Under the pieces are notes generated by a model that saw nothing but the letters and a program-made list of their open reading frames with translations, had not been told where the DNA came from and made no database searches. The position numbers were made by a program, and so were the translations under genes. 64,000 nt of DNA from Eledone cirrhosa (taxonomy: Eukaryota). Numbering within the stretch: the stretch's first letter is position 1; each line of letters begins with the position of its first letter. Of the stretch, positions 51,881 to 64,000 are shown piece after piece. Where the stretch lies: NCBI GenBank assembly GCA_964016885.1, contig OZ024741.1, forward strand, positions 220,906,001 through 220,970,000, in the 5' to 3' direction.

Positions 51881-51923
51881 AATGGCTTCCAGTATGTCTC
51901 CTGTATATATATATACACACACA

Positions 51924-51988
<65 letters not shown>

Positions 51989-52094
51989 ACATATATATAT
52001 ATATGTACATATATATATATATATGTATAAGACCTTAATGGTCGCTTATATTTATGGTACGTCAAAATTATTTATAAAACAGTTTATATATTGT

Positions 52095-52157
52095 ATTTTA
52101 TCTGACGAAGGCATGCCGAATTTTTAATATGGTATCCCTGAAATATGTATAATGAAA
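52095..52157 (+). ncRNA. degenerate hammerhead motif in a (TA)n-embedded cassette
   Basis: TTTTAT-CTGACGA-AGG...CCT-GAAA-TATGTA-TA-ATGAAA. Confidence 0.55.
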
Positions 52158-52216
52158 TAAATATGGTTTTATAAATATAGTTTCCATTTGTTTAATATCG
52201 TATGCATATATATATT

Positions 52217-52263
<47 letters not shown>

Positions 52264-52390
52264 CATGTCTGTATGTATGTAGGTAAGTGTGCATGTCTGT
52301 ATGTGTGTCTCGATGTGTCTATACTGTATGTGTATATTTATGTATGTATGCAGTCAATGTGCAAAAGCAGGAAAAACAGAATCTAAGCCA

Positions 52391-52583
52391 AATAATTGTT
52401 TCTACTTTAGGCACAAGACCAGCAATTACCCAGTGCATTACTGGTACTTTATTTTATCGACCCCGTAAGGATGAAAGGCAAAGTTAACCTTGGCGGGATT
52501 TGAACTCAGAATGGCAAGGGACGTAACTCTATGCGTCAAAGCATGGCGTCAGGCCCTCTACCGATACTGCCAATCCACCGCCC
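52391..52583 (-). mobile_element. SINE family 1 copy
   Basis: Reverse complement of 5926-6117. Confidence 0.85.
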
Positions 52584-52627
52584 TCGTATCTAAGCCAAAT
52601 AATGACACTATTTCACCTCTCTCCCTA

Positions 52628-52665
<38 letters not shown>

Positions 52666-52752
52666 CCTATCTATCTATATCTATCTCTACCTCTCTTTTT
52701 CTCCTCTATCCATCCATCTATCTATCCATCAACCTATCTATCCATCCATCCA

Positions 52753-52783
<31 letters not shown>

Positions 52784-52797
52784 ATCTATCCATCTAT

Positions 52798-54132
52798 AGG
52801 TCAGGCGGAGGTGGCGAACACCTACATAGCGTCCGTCATCTACTACCGCCTGACCGTAGTGCCCTGCTCAAGGGAAACCCTCACCAAGATGGAGCGCGCA
52901 CTCTTCCAATTCCTTTGGAAGAGGTGGGCTCCTATGGTGAGGAGATCCATCTGCTGTCAACACCCTTCGAAAGGAGGGCTGGGGATGCCGTGGCTAATGA
53001 TGCGTAAACACGCATTAAGGCTACGGCACCTCTACGTATTCCTCACCGGTCAACCGGTGTGGGCCTCGTTTGTGAGACGAACCTTTCCCAGACTCGTCTC
53101 ACTCACCGAGCTGCAATCCTGGGTCAAGCAAAGACCGAGAAAACTGGGCGCCTGGCACACTGAGTGTGCCCAGGCGCTCACCGCCCTCTGGCAGGCGGAT
53201 CCGGTTATCAGTGGAGACTTCACCGCAACATTCTATAGAGGGCTGGTACGCAGCAGGTGCGACGACGCCCTCGGAGAAGCCCTAGACATGGAGGAGGACG
53301 AACTGGCCAGCCTGTTCGGTAGGACATTCAGCCCGAGACCTATGGACAACTTCCAGAAGTCCCTGGCCTGGCAGTGTTACCGAGGGGCTTTACCCGTTCG
53401 AGAAAGGCTCTACAGACACGGGCGCCCGGGTAGGGACCCCGCCAAAAAGATCTGTCCCAGATGCGTGTGCGACGAGGAAACCGTTGCACACGCATTGGTA
53501 CACTGCTCGGGCGTAGCCGATCTGTGGGGCTATGTCGAACAACTGCTGTCAAGGGTGGGACCGATCCGGTTGACCACCGAGTCTATTGTAATGATCAAGC
53601 CGCCTCCCCCCTTCAAAGATGAAGCAGAGGCGGTGTTTCTGTACGTAATAGCCATGGCGAAAGAGGTTGTATGGTGGACGCGTCTGAAAGGACTGAGGTC
53701 AGGCACCTTTCTCTCTGGCCAACAACTGGTCCGTTTCTTCCGATATCATTTCGGAAGAAGGATCAGGATGGAGAGAGATGTGCTCCACCCCAGTCGTTTT
53801 TATGAAAGGTGGGTGAAAGTGGCGAGAATGGCCCGTGTGAATGGGCCTTCTCTTTACATAAGCCTGTAGGTGGAAAAGAGGAAGGAACGAGGGAGCACCC
53901 CCTCTCTGTGCTCCTGAGGAAAAGGGTTGCACACTTTTTTCGAGGGTGTGTGCGACCCCCAAGGCGCCTCTTCTCTATTGAGGATTTTGTTATAAATTTT
54001 ATTTTTTGTTATATTTTATTTTATTTTTATATTTTGTCATTGCCTCCTCCTTATTGAGGACGCCTTTTTGTGTAAACTCCCCCCTTTGTACTTGTCCCAC
54101 TTTTGATGCCCTGGTGGCAAATAAAAGAAACA
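52798..54132 (+). mobile_element. Tx1 LINE copy A (5'-truncated), flanked by (TATC)n
   Basis: Open ORF2 C-terminus AEVANTYIASV...CPRCVCDEETVAHALVHC; (TATC/CATC)n at 52626-52797 and 54133-54164. Confidence 0.92.
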
Positions 54133-54164
54133 TATCTATATATTTATCTGTCTATCTATCTATC

Positions 54165-57100
54165 GATAGTAAGATGTACACAATTTAGCTGGTAAGTTTC
54201 TGTCAATTTATTTATAAAAAACAGAAATTCTTGTAAAACAACACACATTGTTTTGTAGATTAACCCCAGGCTGAATTATCAGCTGGGTGGCAAACTCATT
54301 TTTCGCCCCTGTGGGGGGCGAAAATTTAATTTTAAAAAAACTGTCCAAAATTGTTTAATATTTTACAATCAACAATGGCTAGCATACAAGGAGCGCTAGC
54401 GAATGTTGAGGAAGGAAAAAGAAAGAATGAAATAGACTTTAACGTTTATACGATCTATGCCTGTATCAATGTAGCTGACAACAACGTTTTGTTTCACGAA
54501 AGTGAAGCATGCAATAAAAAAAAAAATTGAACCACACAGTGTTCAACAGACACCAAAAACAACAGAAAATATAACAATTGATACAACTACAAACGGAAAA
54601 ACTGACAACCATAACAGCAACAACAACACCAAAAAAATAACTTTTACAGAAACAGTCACAAATGAAATGGATTTTAACGTTGCCTCAAACTCTGCATGTA
54701 TCGGCGTCACTATGGAAGCCAATAAGAACAACAAGGTTTTGTTTCACGAAATTGAAGTATGTAATAAAAACAAAATTGAACCACACAGCCACCAAAAACA
54801 ACAAAAAAAACCAGAAAAGTTAACAATCGACACAACTACAAACGGAAAAACCGGCAACCACAACAACAACAACAACAACAACACAAAAAAAAATAACTTT
54901 CGCACAAACAGTCATGAACAAACAAAATTTCAAGGATCTCGATATCTTTAATGCGAGACAGATGCGCTCTGAAGCAAAGGTGTTTATCATTTTCTGAGAT
55001 AACGGTGGGTTTAAAATAAACTGACCTCCAGAAATTCGTCTTGAAACACTTCGAAGGACAGTTACCTTAAGAACTGTTTCAAACGAAACAAGAAAACCGG
55101 TATTCCTCAGTCAAGGGGAAATTGAAGCAACCTTGAAGGAGATATTGCCAAACATAGACTTTATGCAGAGGGCCAAACAGTATGAGAGTATTTCGATGCT
55201 CCCCAAAAGCGAGGCCCTCGTACAAAAATATTCCGTGACACCAATACTGTCAAAAAAATCCACCTTTTTCCCTACATACCTGGGAAAAAAGACTAAAAAA
55301 ATCAAAATTATCAACATACCACCAAATATTAATATTTGGTGGATATTGGCAGGTTTTTTTAGAGAAGGGACAGGACACCATTCTCTCCATCAAGAAGTCA
55401 ACCAGACACACGTGGTCTGGTACAAATTTGGAGATTCTGGTTCAAATGCAAACGCACCAAAACTAACAGCCTCTCAACCAACAACAGCAGGAGAAACACA
55501 AACAACTCTCCCGAAGAACACAGTCCCACCCCATCCCACTCCATCCAACACTGCCACAAACACACACCCAAACACACCATCACCACACAACATACCCCTA
55601 CTGCAAGCCCCTGATGACGAATCATCGTCAGACGAGGCTATTTCTTCATCCCCAAGTGAGATGGACAGCCTCAAAAATAAGAAAAGAGGCACCGCAAAGC
55701 CACAAAAACAACAATCACCAACACCAACACGCAACCACCGACACAAACAACACCACAATCCCCTCCTCCTACCAGCAAAGCAAACACCAACACCATCCCA
55801 AACACAAGCACCCACCATAAAAAGAAAACTCCCGGACGAACAGCAAACTAAAACAACACAACAAAAATACAAACAACAATACTCATACATCAACACCAAC
55901 AAGAATTTGATGGAAGGCATTTCCCAAAATCCCAAGGTGGAGGCGGGGGGTAAAACTTTCGTTAAAGCAGAATCGTCTCCACACCTCAAATTGATAAGGT
56001 GTTTCCATGGAAACATAGCGAACTAAAAACTGAATTTTCGCAGGACGTGGGCAACCCCTGACAAAAACTCATAACCCGGGTCCTGTTAAAATGTTTCCCC
56101 ACCCCACCCAACACCCCCACCTGCACCCAAATGGAGATTGAGCAACCCGATCTCCAGGAAACGAAAAGGCAAGTGCACCTTTTCGTCCTTTTTCGCCAAC
56201 TCTTCTCCACCAACATGGCTAGTTTACGAGTTGGAAGCGTGAATGTGCGTGGCCTATGGATGCCCTGGAAACAGGGCCAACTTTTAAACGACCTTAGGTC
56301 ACACGATATGGATGTGATAGCCATCACCGAGTCCAGGATCCACAACAGGCAGCAACTAACCTCCATCTTCAATGACTTTGAGATCTACACATCTCTCTGT
56401 CAGCCAGGAGGTGGAGGAGGAGTAGCTGTCATGTTTCGGAAAAACCTGGACGTCGAAGTACTGAAAGTACACTTGGACCCGGAGGGTAGACTGGTAGACC
56501 TAGACGTGAACAGTGTTGGAGGTGGAGCCTTCAGACTGGTGGGCGTTTATGCCCCGACTGGGCAATCGCGGCCAGACATCTTTAAGCGTCTAGAGTATTT
56601 CTGGGAACGTCCCGCTCCTTGTTTTTAGTGGGGAATTGGAATGGCTTCCTAGACGCACGATGGGACTATGTAGGATCATGTCCCAGTAGAGGGGGGTGCA
56701 ACAGCCTCAAAAATTTAATCGGCCAATTCCAACTGACCGATAGGTGTCGACTAGATTTCCCGACTGCACCGCAGTGGACGTGGACAAACCGTAGCGGGAC
56801 ATCTAGATCGTATTTAGACAGGTTCTTTATTAGAGAGAGACAAGAAGATGTTAAGCTGTCCACAAATGCACATGGTTGCCTATTCAGATCACAAATTAGT
56901 CATCTGCATAGTCAACCGTGATAGAATACATAGACGAGGACCCTGATACTGGAAGCTGAACGTGTCGCTACCGACACGTAAAACCTACAGTGAACGGATA
57001 AGTAGATTAGTTAAGCAACAATTGACGGGAGCCATCGTCAACAACAGATGGTGGTACTCCCTCAAGAAAGCAATTAGAGTAGAGTCGATATACTTTAGCA

Positions 57101-59757
57101 GAGAGCTAGCCTTAGAGGAAAACAAAACAGAAACGGAACTAGTAGCCAAGGTAGAGGAGGCGCTTAGGACTGGCAACGTAGCTAGAGTGCTAGCAACGAG
57201 AATTGCACTAGACCAGTTCTTCGACGCGAAACACGATGTCTGCGTGATGAGAAGTAAATCACATGCTCTAGGAAACGAGGGAGCGAAAGATGTTAGATGG
57301 GCCCTAGTGGCAGAGGTGAAAAGTGGCAACAAGTCCACGATTCGGTCTTTGAAAGACCAAAACGGACGCGTGCTAATGTGCGGCCTTTCAGCGGCACTTC
57401 GCGCAACTGTTCTGGCAGAGTGGCGGTGCGTCGAACGGAACAATGGACTTCGGTTCCTACCTAGACGGCCTGCTGCGTCTCTCGAGCATGGTAGCCGAGT
57501 TCTGCGAAAGACCGATCACAGCCACTGAGATACGGGACGCTCTGAGCCGCTGCGGGAAACGCAAATCACCCGGTATAGATGGTCTACCCTATGAGTTTTA
57601 CATAGGAATGCCGGACTTGTTCTCTGGCGTCCTCGAGGCCGTCTACTGCAACTGGCAGCAGAACGGGAGAATTCCCAGTTCTGTAGGCAGGGGCGTAGTA
57701 ACGCTGATCAGGAAAGACGAGACCAAGGGGGACGAACTAAACAACTTTAGGCCCATAACTAAATATTTTGGCCAAGGTGTTGGCAACGAGATTGGCGCTT
57801 GTCGTCGAGGACCTGGCAGGGAAAGCGCAAACGTGTGCAATCCCGACAGGTCCATACACTACAACCTCCACCTCATGCGATACATCATAGAGAGGGTGGG
57901 GTGTAAACCCGGCTTCGGTGGGGCTCTGACCAATTCACATCAGTCTAAGGCGTTCGATAGGGTCGACCATCGATACTTGGAAGCGGTTCTCAAGGCAGCC
58001 GGTTTCGACCCGTCTTCAAAGGCTGGATGCACACCAACATCTGCTCGATGGTCAAGGTGAACGGCTACCTATCGGAGCCATTCGCAATCACGCGTTCCAT
58101 CCGACAGGGATGTCCTCTCCTCCATTCTGTACGTACTGACTCTAGAGTCACTACTGCGGAAGTTGGAGCTGCTGCAAGGCATCCCGTTGGAACCGGGACT
58201 ACGGAAAGCGGCCTCGGCTTATTCCGACGACGTAACTGTAATGGTGTAGGAAACCTCGGAAATCGGGGCGATCGGCAGCTTACTGCAGGAATACGAAAGG
58301 CTCACAGGAGCAAAACTGAACCCGGACTATTCTGTCGGTTTGCAACTCGGAACGTGGAGAGGCAAACCGATGGCGTCCGACAGCGTCGTCGGACGCTGGA
58401 TGGACTGACCGGTGAAATTGCTCGGTGTCTGGTTCGGTCCGGACCTCCAGGTGGAGAAAACCTGGAACGAGGTCACGGCCAAGGTATTTGCGCTCACCCA
58501 GAAATGGGCAGAGTGCAAACTAACCTTGAAAGGTCGAGCGGAGGTGGCGAACACTTTCATAGCGTCCGTCATCTACTACTGCTTGACAGTCGTGCCTTGT
58601 CCCCGTGAACACCTCACCAAGACGGAAAGCATGCTCTTCCAGTTCCTTTGGAAGAAGCAGGCTCCACTGGTGAGGAGATCCGTCTGCTGTCAGCACCCTT
58701 CCAACAGGGGGCTGGGAATGTCGTGGCTGATGATGCGCAAGCATGCGCTGAGGCTACGGCGTCTACAGGTATTCCTCACCGACCCCCAACCGGTGTGGGC
58801 ACCGTTTGTGAGACAGGCCTTCCCGTAACTTGTCTCGCTGACGGAGCTGCAGTCCTGGGTCAAGCGGAGACCGAAGAAGATGGGCGCGTGGCACATTGAA
58901 TGCGCTCAGACGCTCACAGTCCTCTGTCAAGTGGGCACGGCAATCAGTGGAGACTCCACTTCGACATTCTATAGAGGGTTAGTACGTTACAAGGGCGACG
59001 ACGTGCTCGGAGAGACTCTAGGCGTCGAAGACAACTTCCAGAGGTCCCTGGTCAGTCAGTGCTACCGAGGAGTTCTACCAGTTCGTGACAAGGTCTACAG
59101 GCACGGACCTTCCAAGAGGACGTGTTCAAGATGCGGGAAGGACATTGAAACCGTCCTGCACGCAATTGTACACTGCCCGGGCGTAAACGACCTGTGGAAC
59201 TACGCGGAACAACTGCTGTCACGTATGGGACAACTCCAGTTGACTGCCGAGTCCATAGTAAGGATCAAACCGCCAACTTCTTTCAAAAACGAAAGAGAGT
59301 CGGTTTTCCTCTGTACAGTGGCTATGGTGAAAGAGGTTATATGGTGGATGAGATTGAGAGGACTGAGGACAGATGCCTTTCTCTCCGGACAACAATTGAT
59401 TCCCTTCTTTAAGTATCACTTTAGAAGGAGAATCAGGGTGGAGAGAGAGGTACTGCACTCCAGTAAATTTACTGAAAGGTGGGTGAATATGGCAATAAGG
59501 CCCGAGTATATATAAACCTGTAGATTGAAGAAGAGAGCAAAAGGAAGAAAGGAGCACTTGCACAAGACGCTCCTGAAGTTGAGGGTTGTTCTATCTACGG
59601 GGTATTAAACAACCCATTTGTGGTGCCTCTTCCCTATTAGGGATTTCGATTGTTATATTTGTTTGTTTCATATTTTTACACGATTGTATGTAAAATCCCC
59701 GGCATGTCTTTGTTTTGTCCCCTTTTCTTGTGCGCCCTTGTGACTAATAAAGAAATA
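54165..59757 (+). mobile_element. Tx1 LINE copy B (near full length, decayed)
   Basis: ORF1 remnants (FFPTYLG; zinc-knuckle segment apparently deleted); ORF2 from ATG 56215 (MASLRVGSVNVRGL) to 59523 with many frameshifts; (TATC)n tail. Confidence 0.92.
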
Positions 59758-59780
59758 TATCTATCCATCCATCTACCTAC

Positions 59781-59863
<83 letters not shown>

Positions 59864-59884
59864 GCTATCTATCCATCCATCCAT

Positions 59885-62800
59885 GGCCAGCTTTTAAATG
59901 ATCTCAGGTCACATTGGATAGATGTGATACCCATCACCGAGTCCAAGATTCCCGACAAGCAGCAGCTAACTCCCCTGTTCGATGATTTTGAGATCTACGC
60001 ATCTCTCTGTCAGCCAGGAGGGGGGGGGGGGAGTTGCTGTTCTGTTTTGAAAAAAATTGGATCTCAAAATACAGACGATTCACTTGGACCCGGAGGGCAG
60101 CCTGGTAGTCCAGGTCATTAATGGTAGTGAAGGTGGAGCTTTCAGACTGGTGGCCGTATATGCCCCGACTGGGACATCGCAACCAGAGTTCTTCAAGCGT
60201 CTAAAGCCATTCCTGGGAACGTCTCGCTCCTTAGTGTTAGCGGGGGACTGGAATGGCATCTTAGACGCACGTTGGGACTATGTAGGAGCTTGTGATAATA
60301 GAGGGCGGGTGTAATAGCCTCAAAAATCTCATTATACAATTCCAACTGGCTGTTAGATATCGACTAGACTTCCTAAGGCACCACTGTGGACGTGGAACAA
60401 CCGCACTGTGTCTTCTAGATTGTATTTAGATAGATTTTTAATTAGACAGAATGATAAGGAAACATTAAGCTGTCCACAAATGCACATGATTGCCAATTCA
60501 GACCACAAATTAGTCACGTGCCTAGTCAACCATAGGACACATAGACAGGGACCCGGATACTGGAAGCTAAACCTACAGTAAATGGATTAGCAACTTAGTT
60601 AAGTGCCAGTTGATGGTGGCAATCATCAACAACAGGTGGTGGAGCTCTCTCAGGAGAGCAATTAGAATAGAATCGATAGCATTTAGCAAGGAAGTAGCTT
60701 TAGAAAACTGAAAAGGAACTGGTAGCTAAAGTAGAAGAAGCGCTTAGGAATGGCAGTAGAGCTGACGTGCTAGCGGCGAGAATGGCACTAGACCAGTTCT
60801 TCAACGTGAAACACGAAGGTTGTATTGTAAGAGTGTAGAATACGTGCTCTAAGAAACGAGGGAGCCAAAGCTGTTAGCTGAGCCCGAGTGGCAGAGGCGA
60901 AAAGTGGCAACAAATCCACAATTCGGTCTTTGCAAGACAAAGATGGACGCATTATACTTGAATCCAAGCAGATGTGCACGGCCTTCCAGCAGCATTTTGC
61001 ACAACCGTTCGGGCAAAGCGGTACGTCGAGCGATGTGATGAACTTCAGCTCCTACCTCGACGTCGTACCACGACTCTCAAGCACGGATGCGGAGAGCTGC
61101 GAAAGGCCGATCACAGCGGGAGAAATAGAAGATGTCCTAGGCCGCTGCGGGAAACGCAAATCACCCGGTTTAGATAGTCTACCTTATGAGTTTTATATAG
61201 GCACGCCAGATTTTTCTCTGGCCGTCCTCGAAGCGGTCTACTGCAACTGGCAGCAGAACGGGAGGATTCCCAGTTCTGTAGGCAGAGGGGTAGTAACGCT
61301 GATCAGGAAAGATGAGAACAAGGGGGATGACATAAGCAATTTCAGGACCATTATTCTGTTCAACTAGAGTTAAATATTTTGGCCAAGGTGTTAGCAGCGA
61401 GGCTGGCGTTTGTCGTCGAGAACCTGGTAGGGAAAGCGCAAACGTGTGCAATCCCGACCAGGTCCATACACGACAACCTCCACCTCATGCGATACATCAT
61501 AGAAAGGGTAGGGTGTAAACCTGACTTCGGTGGAGCTCTGATCAATTTAGATCAGTCTAAGGCATTTGATAGGGTCGACCATTAATACTTGGAAGCGGTT
61601 CTCAAGGCGGCCGGCTTCGGTCCCGTCTTCAGAGGCTGGATCGCTGCCATGCACACCAGCATCTGCTCGGCAGTCAAACTGAATGGCTACCTATCGGAGT
61701 CATTCCAAATCATGCGTTCCATCCGTCAGGGATTCCCCCTCTCCTCCATTCTGTATGTTCTAACTTTCGAGCCGTTACTGCGGAAGTTGGAGCTGCTGCA
61801 GGGCATCCCGATCGAACCAGGACTGCGGAAAGCAGGGTCAGCCTAGCCGACGACATAACCGTAATGGTATCGAAAACCTCGGAAATCGGGGTAATCGGCA
61901 ACCTATTACAGGAAAACGAAACGTTGACAAGAGCAAGACTAAACCCAAACAACTCGGCACATGGAGAGGCAAACCCATGCCTTCCGACAGTGTCGTTGGA
62001 CGCTGGACGGAATAACAGGTGAAATTGCTCGGGGTCTGCTTTGGTCCAGACCTCCAGGTGGACAAGAACTGGAAAGAGATCACGGCGAAGGTGTTTGCAA
62101 ACTCTCCTTGAAAGGTTAAGCAGAGGTGGCGAACACTTACATAGCGTCCGTCATCTACTACCGCTTGACAGTCGTGCCTTGTCCCCGCGAATACCTCACC
62201 AAAATGAAACGCCTACTCTTCAAGTTCCTCTGGAAGAAACAGGCTACATTGGTGAGGAGATCCATCTGCTGTCAACACCCTTCTAACAGAGGGCTGGGCA
62301 TGCCGTGGCTGATGCGCAAACACGCGCTGAGGCTACGCCATCTCCAGGTATTCCTGACAGATGAACCGGTGTGGCTGTCGTTTGTGAGACAGCCACAACT
62401 CGTCTCGCTAAGAGCTGCAGTCCTGGGTCAAGCGAAGGCCGAAAATGGGTGCCAAGCACCTCGAGTGCCTACAGGCGCTGACAGCCCTCAACCAAGCGGA
62501 AACGGCAATCAGCGGAGACTCCACTTCGACATTCTATAGAGGATTAGTTGAGGATAAGTGCGACGACGTTCTCGGGGAAACTCTAGGCATCGAGGGGGAA
62601 GAACTGACCAGTCTGTTCAGGAGGACTTTCCGTCCAGGGCCTATGGATAACTTACAGAGGTCTCTGGCCTGGCAGTGCTACCGAGGAGCTCTACCAGTTC
62701 GAGACAAAATATACAGGCATGGACGCCTTGGCAGGGATCCTGCCAACAGGACCTGTACAAGATGCGAACAGGACATCGAAACGTAATTGTTCAGTGCCCA

Positions 62801-63412
62801 GGGTGACGGACCTGTGGAATTATGTCGAACAGCTACTGTCACGTGTGGGACGCATTCAGTTGTCAGCCGAGTCCATCGTGAGGATCACCGCGCCACCTTA
62901 ATTTAAGAATGAAGGAGAGGCGGCTTTCCTCTATCTGGTGGCTATGGCGAAAGAGGTAATATGGTGGACGAGGTTGAAAGGACTGAGGGCAAACACCTCT
63001 CTCTCCGGACAACAACTTATCCCCTTCTTTAAGTACCATTTCAGAAAGAAGGTGAGAGTGGAGAGAGAGGTGCTACACCCCAGTAAATTCGCTGAAAGGT
63101 GGGTGAATGTGGCGAAAATGGCCCGAGTGAATGGGCCTTCTCTGTATATAAACCTGTAGATTGAGGAAGATAAACAGAGGGAAGACGGGAACACCTACAA
63201 AACGTGTTCCTGGTGTTGAGGGTTGTTCTATCCACGGGGTGTAAAACAACCCTGCAGTAACGGTCCCCCTATTGGGGATTTCAATTGTTATTTTATTATA
63301 TATAGTTTAGTTATTTATTAATGTTAAAGTTATATGATTTTTATGTAAAACCCCTGCCGTCACGTCTTGTAATGTCCCATTTTTGTACGCCCCTGTGGCA
63401 AATAAAGAAAGA
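59885..63412 (+). mobile_element. Tx1 LINE copy C (truncated at start of ORF2, decayed)
   Basis: APE, RT and C-terminal motifs in ORFs 60057..63159; (TATC)n on both sides. Confidence 0.92.
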
Positions 63413-63439
63413 TATCTATCCAACCATCCAGCCATCCAC

Positions 63440-63503
<64 letters not shown>

Positions 63504-63517
63504 TCATCTATCTATCC

Positions 63518-63742
63518 AAGAAGAGAGCAAAAGGAAGAAAGGAGCACTTGCACAACACGCTCCTGAAGTGAGGGTTGTTCTATCGACGGGGTATTAAACA
63601 CTCCATTTGTGGCGCCTAATGGGGATTTCGATTGTTAAATTTGTTTGTTTCAATATTTTTACACGACTGTATGTAAAATCCCCGGCATGTGCCTTTGTAT
63701 TGTCCCCTTTTTCTTGTGCGCCCTTGTGGCAAATAAATAAAT
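63518..63742 (+). mobile_element. Tx1 LINE copy D (3'UTR only)
   Basis: Homologous to 59528-59757; (TATC/CATC)n on both sides. Confidence 0.85.
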
Positions 63743-64000
63743 ATCTCTATCCATCCATCTATCCATCTATCTATGTATCTCTAGTCTTCTTTGTTTATCA
63801 ATCTATAATTCTATAAATCGATATATCTATCCTTCTTTCCCTATCTTACTCTCTCTCCCTCATTCTTTCACCCTCTCTCTCATTCTCCCCCCCCCCCCCT
63901 ATCTCTCATTCCCCCCTCTCTCTCTCTCCTGCCATCTGTCTCTTTGTCTATTGACCCGCGTATTGATCAAGTAATCAATCTGTCTACATCAATAGGCTTG

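Larger units (their letters stand above)
48271..51900. repeat. long inverted repeat (arms ~48271-48995 and ~51165-51900) enclosing LINE fragments
   Basis: Unique and microsatellite segments match as reverse complements (e.g. GAGACATACTGGAAGCCATTTG / CAAATGGCTTCCAGTATGTCTC). Confidence 0.88.

Noticed and set aside
52490-53869. 459-aa ORF as a single gene
   Set aside because: Chimera of antisense SINE, (TATC)n tract and a Tx1 ORF2 3' part.

Overview
AT-rich, microsatellite-saturated eukaryotic (animal) DNA. The (TA)n/(CA)n/(GA)n/(TATC)n density and the SINE repertoire suggest a cephalopod (octopus-like) genome; this is inference, not a search result. No intact host gene is recognisable; at most there are two weak minus-strand exon candidates near 3.4-4.3 kb. 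Nearly all complex sequence is transposon-derived: a cluster of decayed L1/Tx1-type LINEs, mostly flanked by (TATC)n; RTE, CRE and R4/Dong LINE fragments; a Penelope-like GIY-YIG fragment; DD37D and DD41D Tc1/mariner relics; Helitrons; tRNA-derived SINEs; MITEs; a non-coding LTR element inside a 64-bp satellite; and several minisatellites born from retroelement 3' ends. The least obvious signal is about ten sequence-diverse type I hammerhead ribozyme motifs. They sit in short non-coding cassettes embedded in (TA)n tracts, and many have a fold-back (palindromic) end that turns round at or near the ribozyme core, consistent with Penelope-derived, retrozyme-like elements. Most ORFs in the supplied track are microsatellite artefacts.
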